Source: Escherichia coli (lineage in GTDB: Bacteria; Pseudomonadota; Gammaproteobacteria; Enterobacterales; Enterobacteriaceae). Taken from it: DNA of 64,000 nucleotides. The notes below the pieces were generated by a model, which did not search any database, was not told where the DNA came from, and saw only the letters and a list, made by a program, of their open reading frames with translations. Below, piece after piece: positions 1-13,211 of the stretch (position 1 is the first letter of the stretch; the number at the start of each line of letters is the position of its first letter). Location: the NCBI RefSeq assembly GCF_030013595.1, contig NZ_CP122768.1, one strand, 5' to 3'. The translations under genes were made by a program, and so were the position numbers.

Positions 1-121
1 GGCTGTCGGTATCTTTTTCCCGCGAGCCCATCACCCAGCCCTTTAGCGCCGTGGAGATCCAGACCAGAATACTGAATCCTGGCAGGCGCGGCATTTTCAG
101 GCGAGGGAGAGATAAACGCAT
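1..121 (-). CDS. ftsW: FtsW (SEDS-family cell division protein), N-terminal 40 codons only; gene continues beyond window start
   Basis: Minus-strand ATG at 121..119 overlaps murD stop (TGATG); translation [40 protein letters not shown] matches FtsW N-terminus; dcw synteny. Confidence 0.9.
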
Positions 122-1437
122 CAACCTAACTCCTTCGCCAGACGGGCAAACTCATTGCCTCGTTGTTCAAAGTTCTTGAACTGATCAAGGCTGGCACAGG
201 CCGGGGAGAGCAGAACCATATCGCCCGGCTGAACACGCGGAGCCAGCAAGCGCATCGCCTGTTCCATGGTTTCGGTTTGTTCTGCCACTTCCGGGCGTAG
301 CGCCGCCAGCTGCGCGCCGTCCCGACCGAAACAATACAGACGTACGTTATCGCCATTCAGGTAACGCGCCAGTGGGCTAAAATCTGCCGATTTACCATCG
401 CCGCCCAGCAACAAATGCAGCGTGCCGTCTACGTGCAGGCCATTCAGTGCCGCTTCCGTACTGCCGACGTTGGTCGCTTTTGAATCGTTAATCCAGCGCA
501 CACCGTTATGCTCCAGCACAACTTCAAAGCGATGCGGCAGACCAGTGAATGTGGTTAACGCTTTCAGGCTGCTGGCGCGCGGCAAACCAGCGGCATCTGC
601 CAGTGCCAGAGCTGCCAGTGCATTGGTGTAGTTATGCTGCCCGGAAAGTTTCATTTCTTTCACGTTCAGCACTTTCTCGCCCTTCACCCGCAGCCAGGTT
701 TCACCCTGCTGATGATTCAGGTGATAGTCACCCATGTTGACGCCAAAGCTGACGCAGCGTTCATCCGCACCGCGAATCGGCATTGTTAAGGCATCATCAG
801 CATTAACCACGCAAACTTTCGCGTTTTCGTAAATGCGCAGTTTTGCTGCACGATACTGTTGTAAACCAAACGGATAGCGATCCATATGATCTTCAGTCAC
901 GTTCAGAATGGTCGCTGCTACCGCCTGTAAACTGGAGGTGGTTTCAAGCTGGAAGCTCGACAGCTCCAGCACGTACAGTTCGCACTCATCATCCAGCAGC
1001 ATCAACGCAGGCAGGCCAATATTGCCACCCACACCAACGTTAACCCCCGCCGCTTTCGCCATTTCACCCACTAGCGTGGTGACCGTGCTTTTGCCGTTAG
1101 AACCGGTGATCGCCACAATCGGTGCTTGTGCTTCACGACAGAACAGCTCGATATCGCCAACGATTTCGATTCCGGCATCAGCGGCAGCGCTTAAGGATGG
1201 ATGCGCCAGTGCAATACCGGGACTGGCGACAATCAGATCGGCCGCCATCAGCCATTCATCATTCAGACCGCCCGTGTGGCGTTCTACAGCTTCGGGTAAT
1301 TTATCCAGGCCAGGCGGTGTCATACGCGTATCCATAACGCGCGGCGTCACACCGCGAGCGAGGAAAAAGTCCACGCAAGAAAGCCCGGTGAGGCCCAGGC
1401 CGATAATGACGACATTTTTACCCTGGTAATCAGCCAT
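121..1437 (-). CDS. murD: UDP-N-acetylmuramoyl-L-alanine--D-glutamate ligase
   Basis: 438-aa ORF, full-length MurD ([18 protein letters not shown]...); dcw cluster position. Confidence 0.97.
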
Positions 1438-1439
1438 GA

Positions 1440-2522
1440 TTAACGTACCTTCAGCGTTGCCAGACCAATCAGGACCAGCATCAGCGAAATAATCCAGAAA
1501 CGTACAATGACGCGCGGTTCCGGCCAGCCTTTCAGTTCATAGTGGTGATGAATCGGTGCCATGCGGAAAATACGTTGTCCGCGCAGTTTAAAGGAGCCGA
1601 CCTGCAGGATGACGGAAAGTGTTTCTACCACGAACACGCCCCCCATAATCACCAGCAGGAATTCCTGACGCAGCAGTACGGCGATAATACCTAACGCACC
1701 ACCTAACGCCAGCGAACCGACATCGCCCATAAAGACCTGCGCCGGATAGGTGTTAAACCACAGGAAGCCCAGCCCTGCCCCAACTATCGCGGTACAGACA
1801 ATGACCAGTTCCCCGGCGTGTCGTAGATACGGTATGTGTAAATAGCTGGCAAAGTTCATGTTGCCGGTCGCCCACGCCACCAGCGCAAAACCACCGGCGA
1901 CAAATACGGTCGGCATAATTGCCAGACCGTCGAGACCATCAGTCAGGTTTACCGCGTTGCCAGTACCCACAATGACGAAGTAAGCCAGCAGAATGTAGAA
2001 CAGCCCCAGTTGCGGCATCACATCTTTAAAGAACGGAACCACCAGCTGCGTTGCGGGCGTGTCTTTGCCGGCAAGGTACAGCGCGAAGGCAACACCCAGC
2101 GCGATCACCGACATCCAGAAATACTTCCAGCGCGCAATCAGGCCCTTGGTGTCTTTACGCACCACTTTGCGATAGTCATCAACAAAGCCAATGATGCCGT
2201 AACCTACCAGCACCACCAGTACGCACCAGACGTACGGATTGGATGGATAAGCCCATAGCAGCACGGAGATCACAATCGCTGTCAGGATCATAATCCCGCC
2301 CATGGTCGGAGTACCGCGCTTGCTGAAGTGTGATTCAGGACCGTCGTTACGCACTACCTGACCAAAGGAAAGTTTTTGCAAATGAGCAATCATACGCGGG
2401 CCCATCCACAATGAGATGAACAGCGCGGTCAGCAGGCTGACGATGGCGCGAAACGTCAGATAGGAAAAGACGTTAAAGCCGGAATAATATTTGACCAAAT
2501 GTTCGGCCAGCCAAACTAACAT
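1440..2522 (-). CDS. mraY: phospho-N-acetylmuramoyl-pentapeptide transferase
   Basis: 360-aa polytopic membrane ORF ([19 protein letters not shown]...), between murD and murF. Confidence 0.97.
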
Positions 2523-3874
2523 GTCCCATTCTCCTGTAAAGCGCGTACTACCTCTTCCATGGCGGCACTACGTGAACCCTTAACTAAAATCGTAATTACC
2601 TGTTGCTCAGCAATCAGTGATTTAATACGCGCGATAAGCGCTGTTTTATCTGCAAAATGTTCGCCAACGCCGCTGGCGGTGCTGATAGCATGGCTTTGTT
2701 TACCCACGCTTAACACGCGGTCAATACCAGCAGCTTTTGCCGCCTCGCCCACCTGTACATGGCAGGCTTCGCTTTCAGCGCCCAATTCCGCCATATCGCC
2801 CACCACCAGCACGCGGTAGCCCGGCATTTCAGCCAGTACCTGGACTGCTGCGGTCATTGAACCGACATTGGCGTTGTAGGAGTCGTCGAGCAGCAACTGG
2901 TTTTCCGCCAGTTGGATGGGGAACAGACGGCCTGGAACAGCTTTCAGATTTGCCAGCCCCGCTTTGATAGCATCAAGCGTTGCGCCCACGGACATGGAGA
3001 GCGCAGCGGCTGCCAGCGCATTCGCAATATTGTGACGCCCTGGAAGCGGCAGCAGAACATCGACGCTACCTGTTGGGGTTTGGAGGGTAAATTCCGTACC
3101 GTGCGAAGTCACATGGATGTTGGTGGCGGTGAAATCGCTGTTGGCGGCATTGGGTGAGAAACGCCACACTTTGCGTGAGCCAATTACGCTCTGCCAGTTC
3201 AGCCAGTCGTTGTTGTCAGCGTTCATGATGGCGATACCGTTTTCCGGCAGGCCGCTAAAGATTTCACCTTTCGCTTTCGCGACACCCGCAAGCGAGCCAA
3301 AACCTTCCAGATGTGCCGCTGCCAGGTTGTTGACCAGCGCCGCTTCCGGGCGAGTCAGACTCACAGTCCAGGCAATTTCGCCCTGATGGTTCGCGCCAAG
3401 TTCAATAACTGCGAAATCGTATTCCGGCGTTAAGCGCAACAGCGTCATCGGTACACCGATGTCGTTGTTGAGATTGCCTGCCGTATAAAGTGTGTTGCCG
3501 CACTGGCTTAAAATTGCCGCCGTCATCTCTTTAACAGAGGTTTTGCCGGAGGAGCCCGTCAGAGCAACCACGCGCGCCGGAACTTGCTGGCGAACCCATG
3601 CAGCCAGTTCACCAAACGCCAGACGCGTATCCTTGACGATTAACTGCGGCAGATCGATATCCAGCGGACGGCTGACCAGTAGTGCGCCCGCGCCGCCAGC
3701 TTTCGCCTGGTCGGCAAAATCATGAGCATCGAAACGTTCGCCTTTCAGGGCAACAAACAGGCAGCCCGGCGTCAGTTTTCGCGTGTCAGTGGTTACAGCA
3801 TCAAGGGTAATATCTGCACCTTGCAGTTCACCGTTGAGAATATCGGTAAGTTGGCTAAGGGTTACGCTAATCAT
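2516..3874 (-). CDS. murF: UDP-MurNAc-tripeptide--D-Ala-D-Ala ligase
   Basis: 452-aa ORF, Mur ligase family, overlaps mraY start and murE end as in dcw cluster. Confidence 0.97.
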
Positions 3875-5358
3875 GCAATCCCCCCCAGCAGACGCGCCAC
3901 CGTGACGCGATCGGAGTAGTCCAGACGCTGATTGCCAACAATCTGGTAATCCTCATGACCTTTGCCCGCGACCAGTACCACATCATTCTCTTTAGCCTGC
4001 ATAACGGCGCAAGTCACCGCTTCAGCACGGCCTTCCATCACTTTGGCATGTCCGGCATCTAACATTCCCGCCAGAATATCGTTGATGATGGCACGCGGTT
4101 CTTCGGTACGCGGGTTATCGTCCGTCACCACCGCCACGTCAGCAAACTCTTCAGCAATTGCGCCCATCAGTGGACGTTTGCCTTTATCACGATCGCCACC
4201 ACAGCCAAAGACGCACCACAGCTTGCCTGCACAGTGCAGGCGCGCCGCCTGTAAGGCTTTTTCCAGTGCATCTGGCGTATGCGCGTAATCCACCACCACC
4301 GTCGGTTTGCCTGGTGCAGTGAACACTTCCATACGTCCGCAAACCGGTTGCAGACGCGCGGCGGTTTTCAGCAAATCAGCCAGCGGATAGCCGAGTGCCA
4401 GCAGTGTCGCCAGCGCCAGCAGCAGGTTGCTGACGTTGAATGCGCCCATCAGGCGACTTTCAATTTCCCCATCGCCCCAGCTTGAGCTAAAGCGAATGGT
4501 CGCACCGCTGTCGTGATAGTTCACGTCGGTCGCTTTCAACCAGCGTCCGTGACAGTTCGGATTGATATGATCTTCCATTGACACCGCAACTGCGTCTGGC
4601 AGTTTTGCCAGCCAGCGGCGACCCACTTCATCGTCGGCGTTAACAATCGCCTGACCGCAATGATGTGCAGAATAAAGCAGCCATTTCGCGGCTTCGTAGT
4701 GTTCCATATCACCATGATAATCAAGGTGATCGCGGCTTAAGTTGGTAAAGACCGACGCCGCAAATTTCAATGCCGCCACACGGTGCTGTACCAGCCCGTG
4801 GGAGGAAACTTCCATTGCGCAAAAAGTCGCGCCCTGATCCACCAGCCCCGCCAGCTCATGCTGAACATCGACTGCCGAACCGGTTGTATTTTCTGTCGGG
4901 ATCACTTTCCCCAGCAGGCCGTTACCAACGGTGCCCATTACCGCGCTGGTTTCGCCAAGCAGTTGGCTCCACTGCGCCAGCAGCTGGGTCGTCGTGGTTT
5001 TGCCGTTGGTGCCCGTTACGCCCACGAGACGTAAATTGTCAGAGGGTTCATGGTAAAAGCGGCCCGCCAGTGCAGATAAACGCTCGTTGAGCTGGCTGAG
5101 ATAGATGACCGGTACGCCGTGCATTTCACGGATTTCACCGTCGGTCGCCTCATCTTTCGCCTCTGCAATAATGGCAGCCACACCTTGCGCTATCGCCTGC
5201 GGGATATATCGACGCCCGTCCGCCTGATGACCTACTACAGCTACAAAGAGATCGCCCGCCGCAGCCACACGGCTGTCGAGTGTCATCTCTCGCAGTGCTC
5301 GCGAAGGTGCGTCTGGCACCCACGGAGCAAGAAGGTCGCGCAAATTACGATCTGCCAC
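3871..5358 (-). CDS. murE: UDP-MurNAc-L-Ala-D-Glu--meso-diaminopimelate ligase
   Basis: 495-aa ORF ([18 protein letters not shown]...), dcw synteny. Confidence 0.97.
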
Positions 5359-7111
5359 CTGTCCCCTCGCCTTGATTAATCACAAATTCATTTTTATCGC
5401 CCGTTGTCAGCGCATCCGGCTCGATGTTCATGGTACGCAATACGCCGCCCATGATGGCACCAAAGACCGGCGCGGAAACGGCGCCGCCGTAGTATTTACC
5501 CGCCTGCGGATCGTTGATAACAACAACCAGCGCGAAGCGCGGCTGACTCGCAGGCGCAACGCCTGCGGTATAAGCAATATATTTATTGATGTAGCGACCG
5601 TCCGGCCCGACCTTTTTCGCGGTACCGGTTTTAATGGCGATACGATAGCCCTTAATCGCCGCCTTCACGCCGCCACCACCCGGTAGCGCCACGCTTTCCA
5701 TCATATGCACCACGGTGCGAACAATGGATTCCGGGAAGACTCGTTCACCGGGAACCGGGGGGTCAACTTTGGTAATCGACAGTGGGCGATAAATGCCGTA
5801 GCTGCCGATAGTTGCGTAGACTCGCGCTAACTGTAACGGTGTTACCATTAGCCCGTAGCCGAAAGAGAAGGTGGCCCTCTCTATGTCAGACCACCGTTGT
5901 TTTTGAGGATATAAGCCACTGCGTTCTCCGACCAACCCCAAATTGGTCGCTTTTCCCAGTCCAAAACGTGAGTAAGTATCTACTAACGCTGAGGACGGCA
6001 TCGCTAACGCCAGCTTGGAAACACCGACGTTACTCGACTTCTGTAATACCCCGGTCAGGGTTAATTCGCTGTAGCGTGCCACGTCTTTGATTTCGTGGCC
6101 GTTAATTCGATAAGGAATGGTATTGAGTACCGAGTTTTCCCGCACCACGCCACGTTGCAACGCGGTCATCACCACCATCGGTTTAACCGTTGAGCCCGGT
6201 TCAAACACGTCGGTGATGGTACGGTTACGCATCGCCTCTTTCGGCGTGCCGCTCAGATTGTTAGGGTTGTATGACGGACTGTTAGCCATCGCCAGCACTT
6301 CACCGGTGTTGACATCCACCAGCACGGCGCTACCAGATTCAGCCTTGTTAAAGGCCACCGCGTTGTTCAGTTCGCGATAAACCAGCGCCTGCAAGCGTTC
6401 ATCAATACTCAGCGCCAGGTTGTGCGCTGCCTGGCTGTCAGTAGAAGAAATATCTTCAATTACGCGACCATAGCGGTCTTTACGCACAATGCGCTCACCC
6501 GGCTGCCCGGTAAGCCATTTATCGAAACTCTTCTCGACGCCCTCAATCCCCTGACTATCGACGTTAGTAAAGCCGATGAGGTGAGCAGTCACTTCGCCGG
6601 ATGGATAATAACGGCGAGATTCTTCACGCAGATGAATCCCCGGCAGTTTCAGTTTTTTGATGTAGTCCGCCATGTCAGGGTTTACCTGACGCGCCAGATA
6701 AATAAAGCGCCCTTTCGGGTTGGCGTTAATGCGGGCTGAAAGCTGATCCAGCGGAATATTGAGCGCGTTAGCCAGCGCCTTCCAGCGGTCACCGACGCTG
6801 ATACCGCCAGCGTCATGCACTTCTTTCGGGTCAGCCCAAATCGCTTTTACCGGCACGCTCACCGCTAACGGGCGACCAGAACGGTCAGTAATCATGCCGC
6901 GGGAGGTGGAAACTTGCTGAACGCGAAGAGAACGCATGTCGCCCTCTTTCACCAGCATATCCGGGGAGATAACTTGTAACCACGCTACGCGTCCGAGCAG
7001 AAAAGCCAGCGCCAGGAGAATACAGCCGCATAACAACGCAAAACGCCAACTGATAAAGTTGGCATGTTCTTCCTGACGTTTTGGTTTCTGCGTTTTCGCC
7101 GCTGCTTTCAT
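5345..7111 (-). CDS. ftsI: penicillin-binding protein 3 (septal transpeptidase)
   Basis: 588-aa ORF ([24 protein letters not shown]...), overlaps murE start. Confidence 0.97.
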
Positions 7112-7126
7112 GCGTCGCGTTTATCC

Positions 7127-7492
7127 TTATTTTTGCACTACGATATTTTCTTGTGACGGATCAACATGCTGCATTTGCAGCTTTTCCGTGGCGATCCTTT
7201 CCACCCGGCTATGGTCGCCGAGCGCATTCTCTTCAAGGATCAGGTTGCGCCATTCAATGTCTAAAGCATCTCGCTCCAGCACCAGTTGTTCGCGCTGAGC
7301 GGTCAGTAAACGGGTATGGTGCGCCGTGGTTACCACGGTCACCGCCGTCAAAATAATGCAAATGAACAGGCAGAGTGGCAGCTTCCCAAATCGCAAAAGA
7401 TCGTCACCGATAACACCAGGCAATGCATGGCGCTCGTGGCTTCCCATCGATCCTTTAACTTTGCTTAGAGCTTCTGTCACTCTGCTGATCAT
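7127..7492 (-). CDS. ftsL: cell division protein FtsL
   Basis: 121-aa ORF ([35 protein letters not shown]...), single TM segment, between ftsI and rsmH. Confidence 0.96.
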
Positions 7493-8430
7493 GCGTTCGT
7501 CCTCTCTGCAATACGCAGAACTGAACTACGGGCACGAGGGTTCTCAGCCACCTCTTCTTCGCCCGGCATTAACTTGCCTAGTGCTCGCAGCTGACGGCCA
7601 CCCAGTTTTTTGAGCTGCTCTTCAGTCATCGGTAACCCTGCCGGAACTTGCGGACCGCGGCTGTTTTCACGCATAAAGCGTTTCACAATGCGGTCTTCCA
7701 GTGAGTGGAAGCTGATGATCGAAAGCCGCCCACCCGGGGCCAGCACGTTGAGCGAGCTTTTTAGCGCCTGCTCTATCTCCTCCAGTTCACTGTTTACCCA
7801 AATGCGCACCGCCTGGAAGGTCCGGGTCGCGGGATGTTTAAACTTATCTTTCACCGGCGTTGCAGCAGCCACGACTTCCGCCAGTTCTTTGGTGCGGGTC
7901 ATCGGCTGTTCGCGGTTTCGCTCGACAATGGCGCGGGCAATGCGTTTGGCAAAACGCTCTTCACCATAGGTTTTCAATACCCAGGCGATATCGGCTTCTT
8001 CTGCGGTTTGTAGCCATTCAGCGGCTGACTGCCCACGGGTTGGGTCCATACGCATGTCCAGCGGACCATCGCGCATAAAGGAAAAGCCGCGTTCAGCATC
8101 ATCAAGTTGCGGTGAAGAGACGCCAAGATCGAGGAGAATGCCGTCGATCTTGCCGATAAGATCGCGCTCGGCAACGTATTCGCCCAGCGCGGAGAAAGGT
8201 CCGTGGATGATGGAGAAGCGCGGATCATCAATAGTCTTCGCAACGGCGATAGCCTGCGGGTCGCGATCGATCGCCAGCAAACGCCCCTCTTCGCCAAGCT
8301 GCGAGAGGATCAGACGTGAGTGACCACCGCGACCAAAAGTCCCATCAATGTAGATGCCATCAGGACGGATATTGAGGCCATTAACGGCTTCATCCAGCAG
8401 CACCGTAGTATGTTTATAGTTTTCCATCAT
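7489..8430 (-). CDS. rsmH: 16S rRNA m4C1402 methyltransferase RsmH (MraW)
   Basis: Track ORF 7489..8559 trimmed to the [19 protein letters not shown] start (313 aa); upstream 43 codons would overlap mraZ. Confidence 0.93.
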
Positions 8431-8431
8431 T

Positions 8432-8890
8432 TTATAGAGACAAGTCCTGCAGTCGCTCCGATAAGTCTCCAGTAGCCAACTGCTCTGCGTCGATATCTTC
8501 CTTGACCTGTTGATGCCAGGTTGTTTCATCCCACAGCTCAAACTTGTTGAACTGTCCAACCAGCATCACTTCTTTTGTCAGCCCGGCATGTTGCCGCAGT
8601 ACTGGCGCGATTAACAATCGACCTGCGCCATCCATCTGACATTCGCTGGCATGACCTAACAGTAGGCGCTGCACACGGCGCTCAACCGGGTTCATGCTCG
8701 ACAGACGCGATAATTTTTGCTCGATAATTTCCCATTCAGGCAGGGGGTAAAGCAGCAGGCACGGGTGATGAATGTCAATGGTGCAAACCATTTGACCGGC
8801 AGCGTTCTCAAGCAGCTGTTCCCGATAACGGGTAGGCACTGATAAGCGCCCTTTGCTGTCGAGATTGACTAACGTTGCTCCCCGGAACAT
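8432..8890 (-). CDS. mraZ: transcriptional regulator MraZ
   Basis: Track ORF trimmed to [19 protein letters not shown] start (152 aa); first gene of dcw cluster. Confidence 0.93.
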
Positions 8891-8909
8891 GCCAGCCTCA
8901 CCCCTTATT

Positions 8910-8934
8910 CCCACTTTGCCCCACAATTTCCCAC
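8910..8934 (-). promoter_or_regulatory. MraZ operator: three direct TGGGN repeats at 10-bp spacing in the mraZ promoter (Pmra) region
   Basis: Plus-strand CCCAC at 8910, 8920 and 8930 (GTGGG on the coding strand), 20-45 bp upstream of the mraZ ATG; matches described MraZ binding repeats. Confidence 0.75.
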
Positions 8935-9491
8935 TGAAAGGAGTTTACGGAGCGGAGGAAAAGCTTGTCAAGCCAGTCACAAGGCATACCGAGGTAAAAA
9001 ACCCGATGTTTACGGCTAATATCAGCGTTGTTTATTTTACGTCCAACGTGCGAAGCAAATTAACGTTATGAATAGCTGTAAGAAAAAATCCCTCATCGTC
9101 ATCACCGTTTTAAAATGACTCACTATTTTCCACAGCAAATATAAAGTGTCAGTTTGCGACGCGAGCGGCATTTTAGGACATATCTTCCCCGGTTAACAGT
9201 CCCTGTTGCGTCTGTGTGGCGCTTGATGCCAGCGGGTTTGCGCAAAAGCAAAGAAAAGTGTTTGTTAAATCGGCAATTCATCTCTGCATGTAACAAAATA
9301 ATGCAAAAACGCGCTATCGATATCACTTAATTATTGTGAATTTCAGCTGGTGAGGTAATTAACGGGCAGGTTTAAAAGCATTTATCAATAATAGCCAGGA
9401 ATAGTCTTATTTACTTTAAGGATATTGATGTCCATTCCCGTACTCAACGCGCCAGAGAGAAATTCACCTGGCGCGTATTTTTGTTCGCGGC

Positions 9492-10496
9492 TTAGCTACG
9501 GCTGAGCACGCCGCGGCGATAGAGATTACGTTTAATGCGCGTTAAACCAGGTTTTGGCTTACGCGGTTCGTCCAGGCTTGCCAGGACAATCTCCAGCACA
9601 CGCTCTGCGACATCGCGGTGACGTTGAGCCACTGCCAGCACCGGGCACTGTAAGAAGTCGAGCAGTTCGTTATCGCCAAAGGTGGCAATTGCCAGGTCAG
9701 AAGGCAGTTTGCCGTCACGACGTAGCGTGACATCCATCACCCCTTGCAACAACGCAAACGACGTTGTGAACAGTGCCTGCGGCATCGGATGCGTTTCCAG
9801 CCATTTTTCGAATAACTGGGCAGCCGCCTCCCGCTCATAGCTGTTGGCATAAAGGAAATGCACTTCGCGCGGATCATCTTTCCAGGCAGTACGGAAACCT
9901 TGTTCACGCAGGAAGCTGACAGAAAGCTCCGGCAGCGCGCCAAGATAAAGTACCGTCTCGGCGGGAAACTTACGTAACTCTTCCGCCAGCATTTCGGCAT
10001 CATCCTGATCGGCACCAACCACGCTGGTGAAATGTTCACGATCGAGGGCGCGGTCCAGCGCGACAATCGGGAACGGGTCGTTAGCCCAGCGTTGATAAAA
10101 AGGATGCTCAGGTGGCAACGACGTCGAAACAATAATGGCATCAACCTGACGCTGCAAAAGATGCTCGATACAACGCATTTCGTTGTCGGGCTGATCTTCC
10201 GAGCAGGCAATCAGCAGTTGATAACCCCTTTGCCGCGCCTGGCGTTCAAGATAGTTAGCGATGCGGGTATAGCTGGTGTTCTCCAGATCGGGGATCACAA
10301 GACCAATAGAACGTGTGCGTCCAGCACGAAGCCCAGCTGCCACGGCGTTCGGGTGGTAATTGTGCTCACGCACCACAGCCATGACTTTTTCAACGGTTTT
10401 GTCGCTCACACGGTATTGCTTCGCTTTGCCGTTAATAACATAGCTTGCAGTGGTCCGCGACACTCCCGCCAGCCGAGCGATTTCATCCAGTTTCAC
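9492..10496 (-). CDS. cra: catabolite repressor/activator Cra (FruR), LacI family
   Basis: 334-aa ORF ([34 protein letters not shown]...), HTH plus periplasmic-binding-like domain; synteny ilvH-cra-mraZ. Confidence 0.97.
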   Translation of the reverse strand: MKLDEIARLAGVSRTTASYVINGKAKQYRVSDKTVEKVMAVVREHNYHPNAVAAGLRAGRTRSIGLVIPDLENTSYTRIANYLERQARQRGYQLLIACSEDQPDNEMRCIEHLLQRQVDAIIVSTSLPPEHPFYQRWANDPFPIVALDRALDREHFTSVVGADQDDAEMLAEELRKFPAETVLYLGALPELSVSFLREQGFRTAWKDDPREVHFLYANSYEREAAAQLFEKWLETHPMPQALFTTSFALLQGVMDVTLRRDGKLPSDLAIATFGDNELLDFLQCPVLAVAQRHRDVAERVLEIVLASLDEPRKPKPGLTRIKRNLYRRGVLSRS

Positions 10497-10675
10497 AATT
10501 GCCCCTTGCGTAAAATGTAAAAACCATAGCCATTGTACTGGTATGGGTTAAATTCATTAACATCTAAGCGCAGAAAATTAACTGCGGCAACTGCTTTTAT
10601 TCCAGGTTCCCACTGATTTCGCAAAAAAAGCCCAACGTGACATGTTGGGCTGCAAATTGCGCATTGAGATCATTC

Positions 10676-11167
10676 TCAACGCATTATTTTATCGCCGCGC
10701 GAAAGTCCGACTACACCAGAGCGAGCAACTTCCACAATTTTCGCCACATCGCGAATCGATGCTAAAAATGCATCAAGCTTATCGCTGGTGCCTGCTAATT
10801 GAACGGTATAAAGCGAGGGTGTGACATCAATAATTTGCCCACGGAATATTTCCGTATTACGTTTAACTTCGTCACGCCCGTAGCCGCTGGCCTGAATTTT
10901 CACCAGCATGATTTCCCGCTCAACATGCGCACCCTGCCCCAACTCGCTCACGCGTAATACATCGACCAGCTTGTGTAATTGCTTTTCGATCTGCTCAAGC
11001 ACTTTTTCATCGCCCACGGTCTGGATGGTCATACGCGATAATGTCGGATCGTCGGTTGGCGCAACGGTCAGGCTTTCAATGTTGTAGCCACGCTGGGAAA
11101 AAAGGCCAATCACGCGGGATAACGCGCCTGATTCATTTTCGAGTAAGACTGATAATATCCGGCGCAT
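10676..11167 (-). CDS. ilvH: acetolactate synthase III small (regulatory) subunit
   Basis: Track ORF trimmed to [19 protein letters not shown] start (163 aa); immediately follows ilvI. Confidence 0.95.
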
Positions 11168-11169
11168 AA

Positions 11170-12894
11170 TCAGGTTCTCTCCGTTTTGCTTAACCACATT
11201 TCATCCATTCCGCCCCCGCGAATCTGCATCGGGTAGACGTGCTCACTGCCATCGACGGTGACATCAACAAACACCAGGCGATTATTGCGCACCTGTTCCA
11301 GCGCCTCGCTAAGTTTGCTTTCCAGTTCTTGCGGATGAGAAATCTGGATCCCGACGTGACCATAGGCTTCCGCCAGACGAACGAAATCGGGTAGTGACTG
11401 CATATAAGATTGTGAATGACGGCCGGAATAGATCATGTCCTGCCACTGTTTCACCATCCCCAGATAGCGGTTATTGAGATTCACCACCAGTACTGGCAAC
11501 TCGTATTGCAACGCGGTAGACAGTTCCTGAATGTTCATCTGAATACTGCCGTCGCCAGTGACGCAAACCACGGTTTCTTCTGGCAACGCCATTTTGACGC
11601 CCAGTGCCGCAGGCAAACCAAACCCCATCGTGCCGAGGCCGCCAGAGTTGATCCAGCGACGCGGTTTGTCGAATGGATAATAAAGCGCAGCAAACATCTG
11701 GTGCTGCCCGACATCGGACGTCACGTAAGCGTCTCCCTTCGTCAACCGCCAAAGAGTCTCGATCACCGCCTGCGGTTTAATCTTTTCACTGTAAGAGTCA
11801 TATTTCAGGCACTGACGAGCGCGCCACTGTTCAATCTGCTGCCACCAGTCGCGGATCTCATCCAGCGGTTGATGGACGGATTCTTGCGACAGGAGTTCAA
11901 GCATTTGTTCGAGGACCTGGCGAGCATCCCCCACAATCGGGATATCAGCAGTCACGGTTTTAGAAATGGAAGTAGGATCAATATCGATATGCAGAACCGT
12001 GGCATTTGGGCAGTACTTCGCCAGATTGTTCGTCGTTCGGTCATCAAAACGTACCCCGACGGCAAAAATCACATCCGCGTTATGCATCGTCATATTAGCT
12101 TCGTAGGTGCCGTGCATTCCCAGCATGCCCAGTGCCTGACGATGCGTTGCCGGAAACGCCCCCAGCCCCATTAATGAGGAAACAACGGGCAGATTCAACG
12201 CCTCCACCGTTTCTTTTAGCTGCTGATGACAGCCCGCCGTGATTGCCCCACCGCCTACATAGACAACCGGTTTTTTTGCCGCCACCAGCGTTTGCAGAGC
12301 ACGCTTAATTTGTCCTTTATGTCCGGAGGTCGTGGGATTGTAAGATCGCATACTGACCGACTCCGGCCAGACGTAGGGTAATTTGTTCGCCGGATTAAGA
12401 ATATCTTTGGGTAAATCAACGACCACGGGCCCAGGGCGACCACTTGCCGCCAGCCAGAAAGCCTTTTTCAGCACCTGCGGAATGTCTTCCGTTTGCTTAA
12501 CCAGAAAACTGTGTTTAACCACCGGGCGAGAAATCCCCACCATGTCGCACTCCTGAAAGGCATCGTAGCCTATCAACGAGGTCGCTACCTGCCCGGAAAG
12601 GACAACTAAGGGAATGGAATCCATATAAGCGGTGGCAATGCCAGTAATCGCATTGGTCGCCCCTGGACCCGACGTTACCAGCACGACGCCGACTTCCCCG
12701 GTCGCGCGCGCCAGACCATCGGCCATATGTACCGCCGCCTGCTCATGACGAACTAAAACATGATCGATACCACCCACGGTATGCAATGCATCGTAAATAT
12801 CAAGGACCGCGCCTCCGGGATAACCGAATACTTGTTTAACGCCCTGATCGATAAGCGATCGGACGACCATCTCGGCTCCAGACAACATCTCCAT
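11170..12894 (-). CDS. ilvI: acetolactate synthase III large subunit
   Basis: Track ORF trimmed to [28 protein letters not shown] start (574 aa); TPP-dependent enzyme family. Confidence 0.95.
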   Translation of the reverse strand: MEMLSGAEMVVRSLIDQGVKQVFGYPGGAVLDIYDALHTVGGIDHVLVRHEQAAVHMADGLARATGEVGVVLVTSGPGATNAITGIATAYMDSIPLVVLSGQVATSLIGYDAFQECDMVGISRPVVKHSFLVKQTEDIPQVLKKAFWLAASGRPGPVVVDLPKDILNPANKLPYVWPESVSMRSYNPTTSGHKGQIKRALQTLVAAKKPVVYVGGGAITAGCHQQLKETVEALNLPVVSSLMGLGAFPATHRQALGMLGMHGTYEANMTMHNADVIFAVGVRFDDRTTNNLAKYCPNATVLHIDIDPTSISKTVTADIPIVGDARQVLEQMLELLSQESVHQPLDEIRDWWQQIEQWRARQCLKYDSYSEKIKPQAVIETLWRLTKGDAYVTSDVGQHQMFAALYYPFDKPRRWINSGGLGTMGFGLPAALGVKMALPEETVVCVTGDGSIQMNIQELSTALQYELPVLVVNLNNRYLGMVKQWQDMIYSGRHSQSYMQSLPDFVRLAEAYGHVGIQISHPQELESKLSEALEQVRNNRLVFVDVTVDGSEHVYPMQIRGGGMDEMWLSKTERT

Positions 12895-13211
12895 GGCCTG
12901 CCTCACTGTTTGACGGAAAAAATGTGTAAAACACATTAACCGTCCGATCTTGCTTAAGCAATTGGCAGCCTGAGACATAAACACGGGGTAATAAGAATAA
13001 ACAGGAGGAAAGGTGAAAAGAAACGATAAAATCCTCCATTACAGAGGATTAAATTGATAATAAATCGGCTGAATCCCACAACTTACAGCAATTTCTCTAT
13101 TTTTTTAATTAATCCTAAAATAGCGAAATCACACATTCAGAATAAAATTCTACATTCAATAAAAAATGCAGAACAAACCAGACATTAATGTCTGACCTAT
13201 TCTGCATTCAG

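Noticed and set aside
908-1429. 173-aa plus-strand ORF antisense to murD, and similar antisense ORFs throughout the dcw, leu, ara, thi and cai genes
   Set aside because: Each is embedded in the opposite strand of a full-length, well-conserved gene; treated as spurious.
9123-9326. 67-aa minus-strand ORF in the mraZ-cra intergenic region
   Set aside because: No Shine-Dalgarno, odd composition, and it lies in the long untranslated leader of the dcw cluster.
7489-12984. N-terminal extensions in the ORF track for rsmH, mraZ, ilvH, ilvI (and likewise leuO, araC, folA, kefC, fixA, djlA, sgrR, thiQ, apaG, caiC)
   Set aside because: The extended frames overlap the upstream gene or promoter and lack ribosome-binding sites; the internal starts reproduce the known protein N-termini and lengths.
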